From: Halocafeteria seosinensis
Taxonomy: Eukaryota
NCBI GenBank assembly: GCA_001687465.1
Contig: LVLI01000098.1
Coordinates: 124,001-188,000 of the forward strand
DNA: 64,000 nt
Reading direction: 5' to 3'
Shown: positions 1 through 12,441 of the stretch, piece after piece
How positions within the stretch are numbered: position 1 is the stretch's first letter
Layout: every line of letters starts with the position of its first letter
Program-made: the position numbers and the translations under genes
The notes under the pieces: model-generated
Seen by the model: only the letters and a program-made list of their open reading frames with translations
Told to the model about the DNA's origin: nothing
Database searches by the model: none

Positions 1-142
1 AGCTCTTCGACACACGACTATTCAATGAGCACAAAGATTCACGACTGCGGGTCCAATGAAGCGTACCAAGGGAGGAAGAACCTGCCAATTGCATATCATT
101 CGTCGAGCTTTGTGGGTCAATGCATACTTGCTCCATTCTCGC

Positions 143-1312
143 TCACCGAATAGATCCTCTGACGACCACTGCAGGCGGTAGAGAGACTCCTTCGACGCTT
201 GAATTCCGTAGAAATACTGTGCGTAAGTAAGGCAGGTGCAAAAATAGACGTTCTGTCAAAGTGGGCTGCTTGCAAGAAGTGATGCTCAAAAAAGTCAGAT
301 TTCGTAAGTGTTGAAAAGCATCATCAGTAATCGTGGTTTGTGTACAACCGTCCATATAAAGGGCCTTCAAGTTTTGCAGTCCGAAAAACGCAAGATCGTT
401 TATAGTCTCTTGGCTACATCCACCCATATCCAGTACACGTAGATTCTGGAGGCGCTTGAAGGCTCTATCACTAATAGTCGATTGATTACAGTCATGGATA
501 TCCAAACATGTCAATCTGCTGAGGTGCTCGAAAGCCCTGTCAGAAAGCGTCGTTTGGGTACACTGTCTCATAGACAAATGCCTTAAACCACACAGTTGTT
601 GGAAACCATTGTCGGAAAGTGTTTCCTGATCACACTCAGAGATGTCTAACCTGGTGAGGTGGGGCATATGAGTGAATGCCACGTCAGTAATTTCACTCTG
701 GCAACAGCCTCGCATGTTCAGTTCGGAAAGTTTCGTCATGTGTTGAAATAAACCATCAGAAATGGATGTGTAGTTGCTGTCTGCAATGTAAAGGCACGTC
801 AGTTCCGAAAAGTGGCGAAATCCATGGTCATCCAGTAGAATATGCTGCATTGGCGGTGTGTATGGCAGCACAGCCAAACTCTTCGCTCCGTTTAAGAAAG
901 CAAGGTTATCTTCTTCCTCGGGCCCGTAAGATGTATCAATTATCACCATTCCCTCAAATTTCGGTAATAACTTGGTCAAAAGCATCTGACAGTCCCAATC
1001 GCTATTCACTGGAATGACCAAACTCGGCCATGACAGACTGCACGTGATAAAGTGGTGGGAGAGGCAATCTTCCGTATGGATGCTTAACGCCTGCATTAGG
1101 GTTTGCCATGACCGTGCGCTTCGGGGATCTTCTAAACGGATCATCACCTCCTCCGAAGTAGCCTCCACTTTCATCCAATAAAGTATCTCGCCCGGAACTG
1201 GAGCACATGGGGAATCCGATCCCACGTCGATACTGTGGTCGTCGGTCGGCCGAATGTAATGCTGTAACCATGACAAATACGAACGAAAGACGTGTTCCTC
1301 ACCCCCCTCCAT
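143..1312 (-). CDS. Intronless leucine-rich-repeat protein with 8 tandem 24-aa LRRs, most containing Cys
   Basis: The C-terminal half repeats LxxLxMxxCxQxTI(S/T)DxAFxHL, e.g. LRHLSMRQCTQTTLSDRAFEHLSR. First in-frame ATG is at 1312; the ORF track starts at GTG 1375. Confidence 0.85.
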   Translation of the reverse strand: MEGGEEHVFRSYLSWLQHYIRPTDDHSIDVGSDSPCAPVPGEILYWMKVEATSEEVMIRLEDPRSARSWQTLMQALSIHTEDCLSHHFITCSLSWPSLVIPVNSDWDCQMLLTKLLPKFEGMVIIDTSYGPEEEDNLAFLNGAKSLAVLPYTPPMQHILLDDHGFRHFSELTCLYIADSNYTSISDGLFQHMTKLSELNMRGCCQSEITDVAFTHMPHLTRLDISECDQETLSDNGFQQLCGLRHLSMRQCTQTTLSDRAFEHLSRLTCLDIHDCNQSTISDRAFKRLQNLRVLDMGGCSQETINDLAFFGLQNLKALYMDGCTQTTITDDAFQHLRNLTFLSITSCKQPTLTERLFLHLPYLRTVFLRNSSVEGVSLPPAVVVRGSIR

Positions 1313-2171
1313 CTTGCACTCTGTACATATATCAGTTGAAAACAGCGAGTGACTGCATATCTTCGTAATTACCACAGGTTAAAGCGACTTCCAAAGGATG
1401 TCTCTCACTCTCCTGTCTTCCGTGATCAATGAGCCACGCACCGGAATGGACGGAAACAGCGATTCACAGTATTGTCCGAAATTCCACTCATTAACATTAT
1501 TCGTTAATATGAGGGGGTCTTACGGTATTTATACGTCGATACCATGAATCATGATATTACCCCGGTGTTAACTTCACAAAGGCTACAGCCCGGCTGCCAT
1601 TTGTTCTGTCCATCTTGATGCGTGGCAGCAGCGATATATATGCAGTAATTATTTCAATTCATTCTTTGGCATTGAGTAACTGTTCCTGTCTGATACGCTT
1701 TGAACATTTACGAGGAAGTTAACACATGCAACATCGACTCGCCGTAACGGCCGCATCCGCCTGGCCTGGAGCCTACAACACGATACATGGTGGGTCTACA
1801 CTGAATGCGCGGCTTCCTGAATGTCACAGCAATGTGCCAAAAGCTATGATATACTTATTTGCATATTGAATTGATTTGACCTTGTGATAGAACGGACTTC
1901 ACCAAGGTCCTGACACCATGTTGGTGACAGACTCGCTTTGAAGCAGTAAGAGCAGTGGTTCACACGCATACAAGTACAACAGGATCGCAGAGCAGCAGAA
2001 ACGCATAGACGATCTTCATACTTGGTGTTTGTTAGCACTCTGACAATCTGTCACGAACATCTTGAACCGTCGAAGTGTAGATAGAGGAGTGTGTGAGTTG
2101 GGCTGGTAACGCCCGTCCTGGCGACTGTTCGCAGACCAAGAACCGTTCAAGCCATACATCACCACAAGAGA

Positions 2172-4988
2172 ATGAGCACATCGAGTTCCCAAGCAGTAGG
2201 GGCGCTCTATGCCGTCGAAGAAGATCCGGAAGCTGAGCATGCCTACGGAGAAGTGGATGGCCTTGTAAGTGTTGGACAAAGTGCAACGCCATCGGCAATT
2301 TGGCGCGCCTATACCGTTTTTCTCTGCAGCTGACCAATCCGGATGGTCCCGTTTTCGATGCTGATCTTCTAGCTGGTGAGTGGATATATAGACAACTACA
2401 CTCTCCCTGCAAGCGGTCCCGAATTGTTTGGTTGCAGGAGAGAAGATCGCCCGAGAGTTCAGGATCTTCACTGTTGCGGAGCCGGTCAAAAAGTGGCAGC
2501 TTGTGCTTTTCGGATTGATGACCTTCGGCATGTAAGGAGCTGGTGGGGTTGCACGTTCTACTCTGGCATTTTTAAGAAGTGTTTTGTCGGATGCAGCTAT
2601 CCTCTATATGTGCTTTATTGCAAATGTGGACTATTACCAATATCAAATAAGCGAAATATCATCGCGGTCACTAACAAAGTAAGTGCGAAATGCTTCAAGA
2701 AAGCAGAGACCTTATATCTTAACCATTTGTCCTCATCTTTAGGGGCGACTGGCGATGTGGAGCGTTGATATGGAAGGAGGACAAGGGTCCAACGAGACCA
2801 TCCGAAAGGCGTCATACGGGGTCACGACCAAGTACGGTTGGTTCCATATCAGCGACGTCAACTCCTTTCGAGTAAGTCACACCCTCGCTCTACGCCGAGA
2901 CTCACGAAAGACGCCGCCTCTCCCTCGGTGACTGCAGATTCACCAAACCAAGAGAAACCGGTATGGTCCCTTTTCCCAATGCGGCCGTCGCAATGTATCG
3001 AGAATTCGCCTTTTCATGGGAGGAACTTATCCGAAACAGTCGCTGCTCGAAGACAGAGGTACGCCCGGCCTATATCATACAATCTTCTGCTCCCAGTAAA
3101 GCTGATTTGTGCTACCCATACATTCCAGAAACAAACGATAGCGGGTCCGTCGTTGGGTTAAGGATGCCAGGTATGAACTCCAATTCAATGTAGATAGAGC
3201 AACATATTATGGTACGCTCTACTTATTGCATTTTGAAAAGCAGAATGGGACAGGGGAGGTGTCTTTTCAGCTCCCATGGAGACTGCGGAAGTCGCGAAAC
3301 GATTCCAAGGAATCTATAAGGTTATGATGATTCTCGTGGAGTTCGTGTTCGAGTTTTTGACACGGGATTGCTTCCAGGTGTTTACAGATTGTTGTAAACT
3401 AGCTGCCAAGCAAACCCACATTGCCAGTTGCGGGTTACTGTATAAAGCAGTGCCCGACATATCCGAACACGTTGCTCCCACGGGCGAACTATCATTTGAC
3501 GTAGTCTCCAGTAACGATGATGACTGGACAGATGGCTATCATCCTAACTCTGACGATGCCATTTCCGAAGGATTTGAGCTGGTGAATTTCATCAATGAGT
3601 ACATTAATGGAACCTCAGAGGAACCGCTTGTTCCGATGGTCCCGCGAAAAGATAATTTCGTTGTTTCGGAAGAGATTGCTCCTGACACGGACCTCATTGT
3701 GAATGATAAAATTCAGCTTAATCGGAAAAAGATCCCCATTGCTACTGAAGAAACTATATACGATGCGACTCCAGTGAGCCCAGGTATTTCGTGGTGGGAG
3801 TTAGTCAACGTTCCTACTTTATGTTTCAGAGACAAATTTAAATCTCAAGCAGCTGTCATTGTATCTTCAGAGAAAGTCACAAGCATTGCTGAATATCGCC
3901 ATGCCGACGACTATGAGCTCACCGTGACAGGCTTCTTCTTGGGGGACAAAACAGGATCAGGTGCCATTCTAAGAGACCCAATTGGACCACTAGGTTACAT
4001 AATCGACATGAGTACGGAGTATGGTGCAATTCGAATTCAACTAAAACTATGCGACACCTGGCCTTGGACACCAACAGTTCCGCAACATATGCGCCCAGAA
4101 TTCTACGAGTTTGTCGGCCGGTTGGGAAGAAACATACCTACCACCAGAACACTACCCTCACCCGATCCAGAAACCTTACCAAATGGGCCTGAAGTGGAAG
4201 AATTGCGTCGGTCAATTAGCTTATGGTCAGGGGAAAAGATCTGCTCAATGGTTGCCTCGCGACCTCATCATCATGTGAAACCGTACATCGGCCACCCCCT
4301 CCTGAACTTGCTTAGTTGCGGGAGTATAAGCGTACTTCGCGACCTTCTGAGCGGTTTGACTTGTGGATATCGGCCATGGTGGATAAATCAGTTCCTCGTC
4401 CTAACAACGCACAGGCTTATTGTTACTCATGCTATTCAGAACGAGTGTGCAACACCCCAATGCCAACAGGAACGGTTTCTCGTTTCTTGGGTTCCTATAT
4501 CTGATCTTCAAGGAGTGAGGCTAGAGGCTTCTTTCCATGGCTCGTTTCCTGGCTCCTCTAGATCCGCTATTGAAGTCTCTACGGCAATAGATGAGTCGTA
4601 CGACAATCCATTTGAAATCCAACGCTTTCCGGAGGAGGCAGAGCGAGGCCCTCTTGAGTACGAGTGTGAAGATATCAACCATTTAAGGTCTGTGGTGTCC
4701 TTTTACCAATATAACTGCCGGGGTAATCGTGCTGAAATAGAGGAATCGCAAGCAAGCCGACTTAACGGTAATCCCAAGTATGGGAAACGACCACTCCCAA
4801 AGCGCGTGTATCAACAAGTAACTAACCCAGTGCAAGAAATTGAGAACTGGGGCACATCCCATCGGAACACCAATGGTCAATCAAGAAAGGATGAACAATC
4901 ATACTACGCTTACAGTAGCGCTCAAACTTTGGAACGGGCTGTTTGCTGTAATGAAACCGTTCCAGCGACTGGAAAGCCAAAGGATTAA
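2172..4988 (+). CDS. Multi-exon membrane-associated protein with an internally duplicated module (possibly PH-like)
   Basis: Manual splicing links short exons in frame via GTAAGT/GTGAGT/GTAAGG/GTACGC/GTATGA..AG introns (last intron 3171-3270) to the 570-aa ORF. The motifs GEKI..TFG..AVTNKGRL..WFHISDV recur later as GEKI..TCG..VLTTHRL..WVPISDL. The start is uncertain. Confidence 0.65.
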
Positions 4989-6929
4989 TGTGCGAGGGGT
5001 CTTTCTCACTGCATTTGCAACGTTTTATAACGACCCAAGCTCATCCAGTTGTTACGTCGAAGCAATCCAAGATAGCAAACCCAATTGAACATCAGGACAA
5101 ATCAGATATCAGTAAGTATAAAGGCTTCATCGCTAGCTCGAGCGTGGGTGGAGTATTGTTCTTGGTAGTCTGAGCCGTGGTAACGTCGATACATCGCTGT
5201 CACCCCAAAAAGCAAGAGTCACGTACCGACGCAAAGTATGCAGCCGTTCTTAGACACAGCAGGCTAGCATACCCGGGATTGCTGAAGCTAGTGAAATGTT
5301 CAAAAAGTCGCTGACAGCCTCCCATTCGTTGACGAAGGAAAAAGAAGATTCCATACGCACTACCGAGCCTCAGACGTGCCAGCGGTTCTCAAGATGAGAC
5401 TACCACAATGACTCTCTGAGCTCCCCTACACTGCATGGCGTAGTATCTATTTAGGTCGGTTTTGTCCATTCAACGTATTAGCGTTCATTCGCTGAAGCTG
5501 ACTTGTAATGGTAGCAACTAGGCGACCCATGAGCCATGCGCGGACATAACCATTCTTTCAAGCAGCCCCAACTCCATATTTTGCACATAAACTAATCCGG
5601 TTGAGTGGAGCATACCAATCACGAACTGCTGCAAAATGTATCCGTAGAGGTCGTCGAGGGCCGGATCGTCATCTTCTGCTCCAACTACTGGATAACTCGA
5701 CGATAGACGATCCGTTGAAGCGTTATGATTCCCCAGAGGAAGGAAAACATCATTATCATGACAATACCTGCAGGGCAGTGCAGGCCCATGATGGCATGTG
5801 AAAGTTCGTCGAATCCGACAGTCAATATCCCGCCACATTAGAAACTACCCTTCTACTACGAGATGTGGCTCGAAGGGCTACGGTAGTATACTGTGGATAC
5901 GCAAGCTTTCCAATTTTGGAAGTTGCCACGGCTTGCTTAGGCCCTGCTACTGCTGCTAGTTTGACTGTCCGTACCCAGCACAAAGCTCCAAGAAGAAACA
6001 GCAGCTCTTTACTAAATCAATATTATACAATCCATCACTTGTCGAAGTCAAGCCCGCAATTATGGATCAATTTGGACGTCAAGACCAAGTATCCCCATGT
6101 GTTATCGGCACTCACAGAAGCGTCCCGCACCAGACAAAGAAGTGAGTCAAGTCAACACCCGCAATTCTTCGTCCAGAGCTATTGCAAATTGTGCATAGCG
6201 TTATAGCTGTTTAGGATGCAATGTTGCAATAAGTGAATGTACGAATCGAGCAGAATAGGCTTTCTATGTCCGCATGTTGCTACTTGCATCACAGTACCTG
6301 CGAGTAAAGATAGCTGCTCACTTGCTCAAGCAGGGGTGTGGATGGACTCTAAACGCCTTACTTGCAGATTGCCAAATGGTTTGTTTGAGACGGATATATC
6401 AAATATAAATTTAATGTGATTATGTGTATGCACGTGTTTTAAAGGAAGGTTTATCTGTGATTTCGTGACTCATTTCGGCTGTGATCATTTTGTGTGCACG
6501 TTGTTTCCTCCCCTATTCTACCGAGTAGAAATATCGTATCAAATGCAAGCGTAGCTGCATCACTGCCTCATTTTGGTTCATTGCCTCTACGTAGGTGCAA
6601 GGACAATTCCCATGAGCATGAAATGCGTTTTCATTGAAGATCATCGGAGTTGTTGAGGATGCAAGCTTCCGGGACCTTGCTGGGCATATACGGGAATAAG
6701 GGAAGCGCTATATTTCAAGGAATATATTGACGACACTATTGAAAGTGTATACTGTGTTGCATCGGGAGGATTGTCCCACGGGGCGCCCTAATAAGGGTGA
6801 AACCTGTTCGTTTGCTTGCTTGAACGTCTGGTCCCGCTTGGTCGTGGTCGTTGTCACTAATACAGCGCTTGCATTCCCTCTGTGTTATGCAGTTTGCCAT
6901 TATTGCTTTGCCTAGGACATCAGTATCCA

Positions 6930-8339
6930 ATGAGGAAGCACAGCGGATACACTGGGGTGGGATGGCAATCGATCGTACAAATAACAGCGGCGATACTTCT
7001 CTCCGTTGTAGGCATTGGCATTGCACTGAGTGATACAGACCTACGAACAGAGATACTGAAGGAGACAAATCAGCACGGATTGTGCATTACGTATGACTCT
7101 CAACAAAATCGCTTCACCCAGAGTTGCAATATAACCTGGCCCATGAACTGCTACATTTCCCTCGAGGCAAAGGAAACGTTTGATGGTCAAGACCATTTCA
7201 TATACCTTGATGGCTTAGAAGACTTTGAAGGACTCTTTACAATTGATCCTCTCATACAGTCTCGAGAAGACGCGCCGCTAATAACCAGCGTACATGCTCG
7301 GAACGGCACAACAAGTGGCAGTGGAGGTTTCATTGTTAGAGCAAACCAACGATTTTTCCAAGTATTTTCATGCAGTTCCAGTGGCACTATCCAAGGTAGT
7401 ATGAGTAACCAGAACGGGGGTGGAGGAATTTGTGGTCAAGAATGTGGGCAACATGGAGGCTTTTTCAACATATCACACTGTTATTCGACGGGAATAATAG
7501 CTGGCACTCGTGCCGGTGGGATAACGGGACAACGAGCAGGATCGGAGGAGGGAGAAGCCAACGTTTATCGGTGCTATTCCACGGGGGATGTGAAGGGAAA
7601 AGATGCAGGAGGTATCTGCGGAGTAGCAGCCGGTTTAGAGGGCAAGGTGAATGTTTATCAGTCTTTTTCTGGGGGTGACCTTTTAGGTGACGGCACCGGT
7701 GGAATAGTAGGTTCATCCGCTGGTGCGAAGGGTGTTGCAAGCATCACTCAATGCTACTCCACAGGAAAAATCAGAGGGCTCTATAGCGGTGGAATATGTG
7801 GTAACTGGGCAGGTGTAAGCGGAGGCAGCTGTAATGTCTCCAACTCGTACAGCACTGGCAACATCAGCGGGATCCATGCAGGAGGAATAGCGGGATGCTG
7901 TCTAGGAGGACACCTAGGGTTGGTCGACATAGTCAATACCTACTCCAGCGGAATGGCTCTGGTAGGCAACATCAGTGGAGGAATTGCCGGGAAAATGTCG
8001 CGGGTGGATACAATACCACAGTCTGTCTCTATTCGCCATTCGGTGTTTAATCGCAATGATAATTTCTTAGTGCCCCAGATGGATGCCCCTGCTTTTTCCA
8101 GTAAAGGGAACTCTGGAAACATCAATGATATCAGAGGAAAGCTCTATTCCGTCGGTGGAACGAGAAAATGGAGCGAAGATATATGGGCAGTGCCATCAAA
8201 AAACAACTTTCCAGTTCTGCGGTTTCAGATATCGTCGGAGGAATCTACTCTACCACACCAAAGAGCAGCGTATCCGGAGAGAATAATGGAGAATCCGAAA
8301 CGTACCATCAAGATCTGTAAACAGAGAAGACCTTATTGA
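6930..8339 (+). CDS. Secreted Gly-rich GLUG-like repeat protein, intronless
   Basis: Hydrophobic leader (IVQITAAILLSVVGIGIALS) and about 6 repeats of (C/S)YS(T/S)G..GG(I)(C/A/V)G. ATG at 6930. Confidence 0.75.
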   Translation: MRKHSGYTGVGWQSIVQITAAILLSVVGIGIALSDTDLRTEILKETNQHGLCITYDSQQNRFTQSCNITWPMNCYISLEAKETFDGQDHFIYLDGLEDFEGLFTIDPLIQSREDAPLITSVHARNGTTSGSGGFIVRANQRFFQVFSCSSSGTIQGSMSNQNGGGGICGQECGQHGGFFNISHCYSTGIIAGTRAGGITGQRAGSEEGEANVYRCYSTGDVKGKDAGGICGVAAGLEGKVNVYQSFSGGDLLGDGTGGIVGSSAGAKGVASITQCYSTGKIRGLYSGGICGNWAGVSGGSCNVSNSYSTGNISGIHAGGIAGCCLGGHLGLVDIVNTYSSGMALVGNISGGIAGKMSRVDTIPQSVSIRHSVFNRNDNFLVPQMDAPAFSSKGNSGNINDIRGKLYSVGGTRKWSEDIWAVPSKNNFPVLRFQISSEESTLPHQRAAYPERIMENPKRTIKICKQRRPY

Positions 8340-9231
8340 TTCTCGGGTGCAACTGTACTTTAGGAATTTTGACTGTCAATCATCGATCGTAAATTCGTGT
8401 GCGTTAGGCGCCATGACTCCTGAATTCCACTTGACTTCCCGTTTACAATACAATAAGACATAGAGAGGCTTCTTAGAGATGGGAAATGAAGCAACGGCAA
8501 AAGTACTGGTAGTGGTGCCCGTCCGATCACAACAAGGATGAAGCGGGGATCAGGAGGCTAGGATACATGCCGAAACAGCTCCAACTCACGGATGCACGGC
8601 AGCTACGAGTGGCATTCAGATAACCACGTTACGAAGAAGGATCCGTTTCCGCTCTTTATCTAAAGGGAACAAATTGCACCAACAACGAAAAGGAAACCAG
8701 TAGCAAGACCAACAAAAAGGGAAAACACCAATTATATCGGAACAGAAACGGCAACGTTTCTCATTTTCCCCACAAGTCCGATTCATGGTGGACGTAACGA
8801 GTTGGCCAAACTACTGACAGTAAGACCGCAAACCCTCGCTGCGAATGGAGGAGAAGTTCCGGAGCAGGGTCAAAGAAAAGAGGGTAGATTCGGCAAAGTT
8901 TGCCGTACTGTAACACATCACTCAATGCATATCTCAGTTCGATTTACACTGATAAAGCAAGCTCGCTTTTACATCTCTTTTACTTTTTGTATGTGTATTC
9001 TTACAAGTTATACACCACATGGGCCGTTTAGTTTCGCAATGAGGGTCAAGGTCAAGACATGGTATATTTATGTGGTCGACACACCGTAGTTCTGAGAGCA
9101 GGACGAAATATTGGCGGTAAGAGTCATGGGAATGTATCCAACAGACTGGATCACAGTAACAAGTATGACATCGCTAGGTTATCTCTTTTTTCCTTATTTC
9201 GCTCCGCTATTTGGGACAGTCAGTGCCTTAT

Positions 9232-10034
9232 CTAAAGCACCTGTGCACGAGAGAACAACGCATCTTTAAGCGATTCCGGCAACCAGGCGACAGAATCCGC
9301 CTCTTCCACGCAGTTATATCCACACTTGAGTTGCCTGTGGAGCATAAGCTGCGGTAGCAAATTGGAAAGAATAGAATGGAGCTCGCTGAAAATTTGGTCT
9401 GAGGAATAAAGTGCTAAGCATTGCTAGCCTTACGGTTTCGTCTTCTACTATGGTTTCCCAACGACGCATAAGCAAATCCGTTGTAAGAGTTGTCCCATCT
9501 TTGAGCTCCCCATAGCCTTCGTCTGCCAATTTCCGCGCGATATCCTTGAACAATTCCTTCGCCTTTTCAGTATCCATCAGGTTATCGGTGTCAGCTTCTT
9601 CCATATCCTCTGCAGGAATTTGCTCGAACGCTTCACGGTAGTCAACGCATACTAACTGCACGAATCGTGCATGGAGAGGGCGCCACTGAGTCTGGTTGTC
9701 TCCAGTGTACTTCTTTTCGTTCTTCACTCGGTATTTGTATGCGCAAGGAGCTGACGAGGGTAAGAGAATAAGAATGCACAGCAAGTGGCAGTTCACCCAG
9801 CCGTTAACTTACGATCTGGAGGCATCGTCATGGCGAAGTATTCACCAGGAAGTGTTGGACGATTGCACAAGCTGCATCCTGTATTAAGCACCATCTTTTT
9901 TCTTTTCTGCTCACGTCCAACGGTCTCTTTGGTTCGCACGCGTCCTTACCTTTCGGACGGGGTCGCTTCTTCTGTCTGTTGCGAGCTGGAGCTGGGGCAG
10001 TCACTGCAGCAGGTGGTTGATTCTCGTCAGACAT
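9232..10034 (-). CDS. Spliced gene, putative Myb/SANT-like (trihelix) DNA-binding protein with a basic N-terminus and CxxC
   Basis: Exons join in frame: MSDENQ..RQKKRPRPK|GCSLC..PPD|PPCAYK..QWRPLHARF..LFKDIARKLADEGYG..LMRRWETI. The choice of last exon is tentative. Confidence 0.5.
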
Positions 10035-10996
10035 GTCCACTCTCTGCGGGGCTGATGAATTGACGTCAAACAAAGTTGTAGGAGCAAAGAGTACATATAT
10101 CAATTATGTGAATGTGTTCGACAATCCTACGCTAGTAAATAGTCTCCTCAAAGAGCTCCTGTACTAGCGTAGTCTAGCGAGCGCGCGAGTTTGAATTGGA
10201 CAATTCAAATATGGGTATACGCAGGCCGCCGCCAAATTGCGGTGCCAATGGGTAGAACGTAAGCACAGAAAGCCGAAACTCGCCCACCAGTGGCCAGAAG
10301 GCTATTGGCATGAGCAGTACCGGCGCTGACATTGGATGGTCTACTGTGTGCTGCTAGATCCAGTGGAGCACGTTCCGGACCCCAGCAGCCCTTCCATATC
10401 TCATAATCTAACCCCATGTCAGCGCGTACACTCATGATGGGAGACTGCATTTGTCTTACGCTCCTTCACAGCGTTCTGCTTGGAGGCTTTGTACTAGCCT
10501 GTGTGGTATAAATCTTGCCTCATCGGCGTTTCTGATTGAAGTTGGCTTGGCATTGCGGCATTGCCATATTGGCGAATTATCACTCCTCCCCTCATTAAGG
10601 CTGTCCTCCGTTAGAAGCTTACAGAAGACAACGCATGTAACCATAAATAGGTGGTTCAGTGATGAAAAATGAGCCTGAAATTGCCACCCTCCATTGGACG
10701 TTTCCAGTTTGTTCATGTAAAATGAACAGTAGATGCGAGGTCACACAACCCGAGGTTTTTTGGTTCCTTCACGGTTTGAAACGCTCCATCTCATAGACGC
10801 ACATAAGTAAAGTGTGACGACAGCTGCTAGGTACGTTCTATGGTCCATGGAACCGGTTCCTGTTGACACGTCACAGTTCCAGCGGATATGTTCTCTACAC
10901 ATTCTCTCTTGTTTCCAGAGTTGATTTTACAGTCGTTTTTTGCCTCAAACTGAATAAACATTTGTCAGCCTAGTGTGCACCTGTTAACGAAGAAAA

Positions 10997-12441
10997 ATGT
11001 CTGTGGCGAAAGCTGTGCGAGATGCTACACAGGAAGTAGCATCTTCGGGAGAGTTCAAGCGGTAAGTTCCCTCTTTTATACACGCATGCTACCATTTCCA
11101 GTCTTTGTACACTCATTTTCGCACTCTCGATGATGCACAGAACGGAATCTGCATGCCGTGAATTTGTACGAGCGTTCACGGGCCAAGGAGAGCCGCCGAA
11201 GTATCCGGCCGAAAGTGGCCGATACCACCTGTAAGGGAGAAATTAGCTTTACCTTCTTCGCTCACTTTTATGTCCCTATTTTTCTCCGCTTTGCAGGTAT
11301 GTTTCCTATGCATGTCCTTGGGCATGCCGCTGCCTGACTGCACGAGCAATGAAAGGCTTGGAGCATGCCATCTCAGTCAGTATCGTAGCTCCTGTGTGGG
11401 ACTACACCAAGCCTGACGTGGACGAACATCGAGGGTGGATGTTTAAGGACTCAAGTGAAGTCCCGGATGTAATTCAGGATCCAATCTTCAATGCTTCCAG
11501 CATCCGTGACATGTATGATCAAGCAGGTGCCAACGTAGACAAGTTCACTGTCCCGGCTCTGCTGGTAAGAGCTAAGATGTTTTGAAGTACAGTGCTCTAC
11601 TTGGCTGCGCTTATACAGATAGTTTTTGACTCGTCGCTTGATGCAGGATAAGAAAACCAAGACGGTCGTAAACAATGAAAGTGCCGAAATATTGAGAATG
11701 CTTAACTCTGAGTTTAACGAATTTGCAAAAGCACCTGAGCTGGATCTCTACCCGGAGCATCTCCGCTCGCAAATTGATGCCTTGAACGAATGGATTTATC
11801 CTCAAATCAATAATGGTGTCTATCGATCGGGCTTCGCCAAGAAGCAAGAGCCTTGTACGTCCTATGAAGCGTTGATATTCTCTCTTTTCTCCGGGATTAC
11901 CTGGTATCCATCCATATACCCGTGGTGCGCAGACGAAAAAGCAGTGAAAGAGGTGTTTGAAGGGCTAGACAAATGCGAAGATATACTATCCAAGAATCGG
12001 TATTTGTGCGGTGACAAGTTGACCGAAGCAGACATTCGTCTATTTCCAACCCTTGTCCGATTTGACGAAGTCTATGTTGTACACTTCAAGGTATGGGGAA
12101 ATACTGTGAAAATCCTCTTGACTATTACTCAGCGTCCATCTACTTGTGCAGTGCAATAAGCGATTCATTCATCAATACCCGAACCTGCATAACTATGTGA
12201 AAGACATCTACCAGACTGTTCTTCCTAACGGGAAAACGATTGGATCCGAAACGGTATGTGCTCTCCTTGAACGAATTTCAGTCTGTCTTGCCTAACAGAG
12301 TAATCGTGTTTTACGCAGGTGAACATGTATCACATTAAGAACCATTATTACCGGTCTCATCCTTCGGTGAATCCTTCTGGAGTTGTACCTGTCGGCCCCG
12401 GTATTGACCTCACTTCCCCTCATAACCGAGATAAGATGTAA
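10997..12441 (+). CDS. Glutathionyl-hydroquinone reductase (Xi-class GST, YqjG/ECM4 family), 7 exons
   Basis: Spliced motifs [76 protein letters not shown]. Stop TAA at 12439-12441. Confidence 0.95.

Noticed and set aside
2016..2531. 171-aa minus ORF that looked faintly like a His-Me/homing endonuclease
   Set aside because: It lies antisense to well-formed in-frame spliced exons of the plus-strand gene and lacks the proper SHLC/HL..N motifs, so it is probably a shadow ORF.
3912..3987. LTVTGFFLGDKTGSGAILRDPIG resembling an RNase H N-terminus
   Set aside because: The catalytic Asp is absent, no other RNase H or RT motifs follow, and the protein is better explained as a duplicated membrane module.
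5400..6200. Possible minus-strand gene around the 106-aa ORF at 5518-5838
   Set aside because: The plausible splice leaves two in-frame TAGs and no recognisable family; it may be a decayed gene but I cannot support it.
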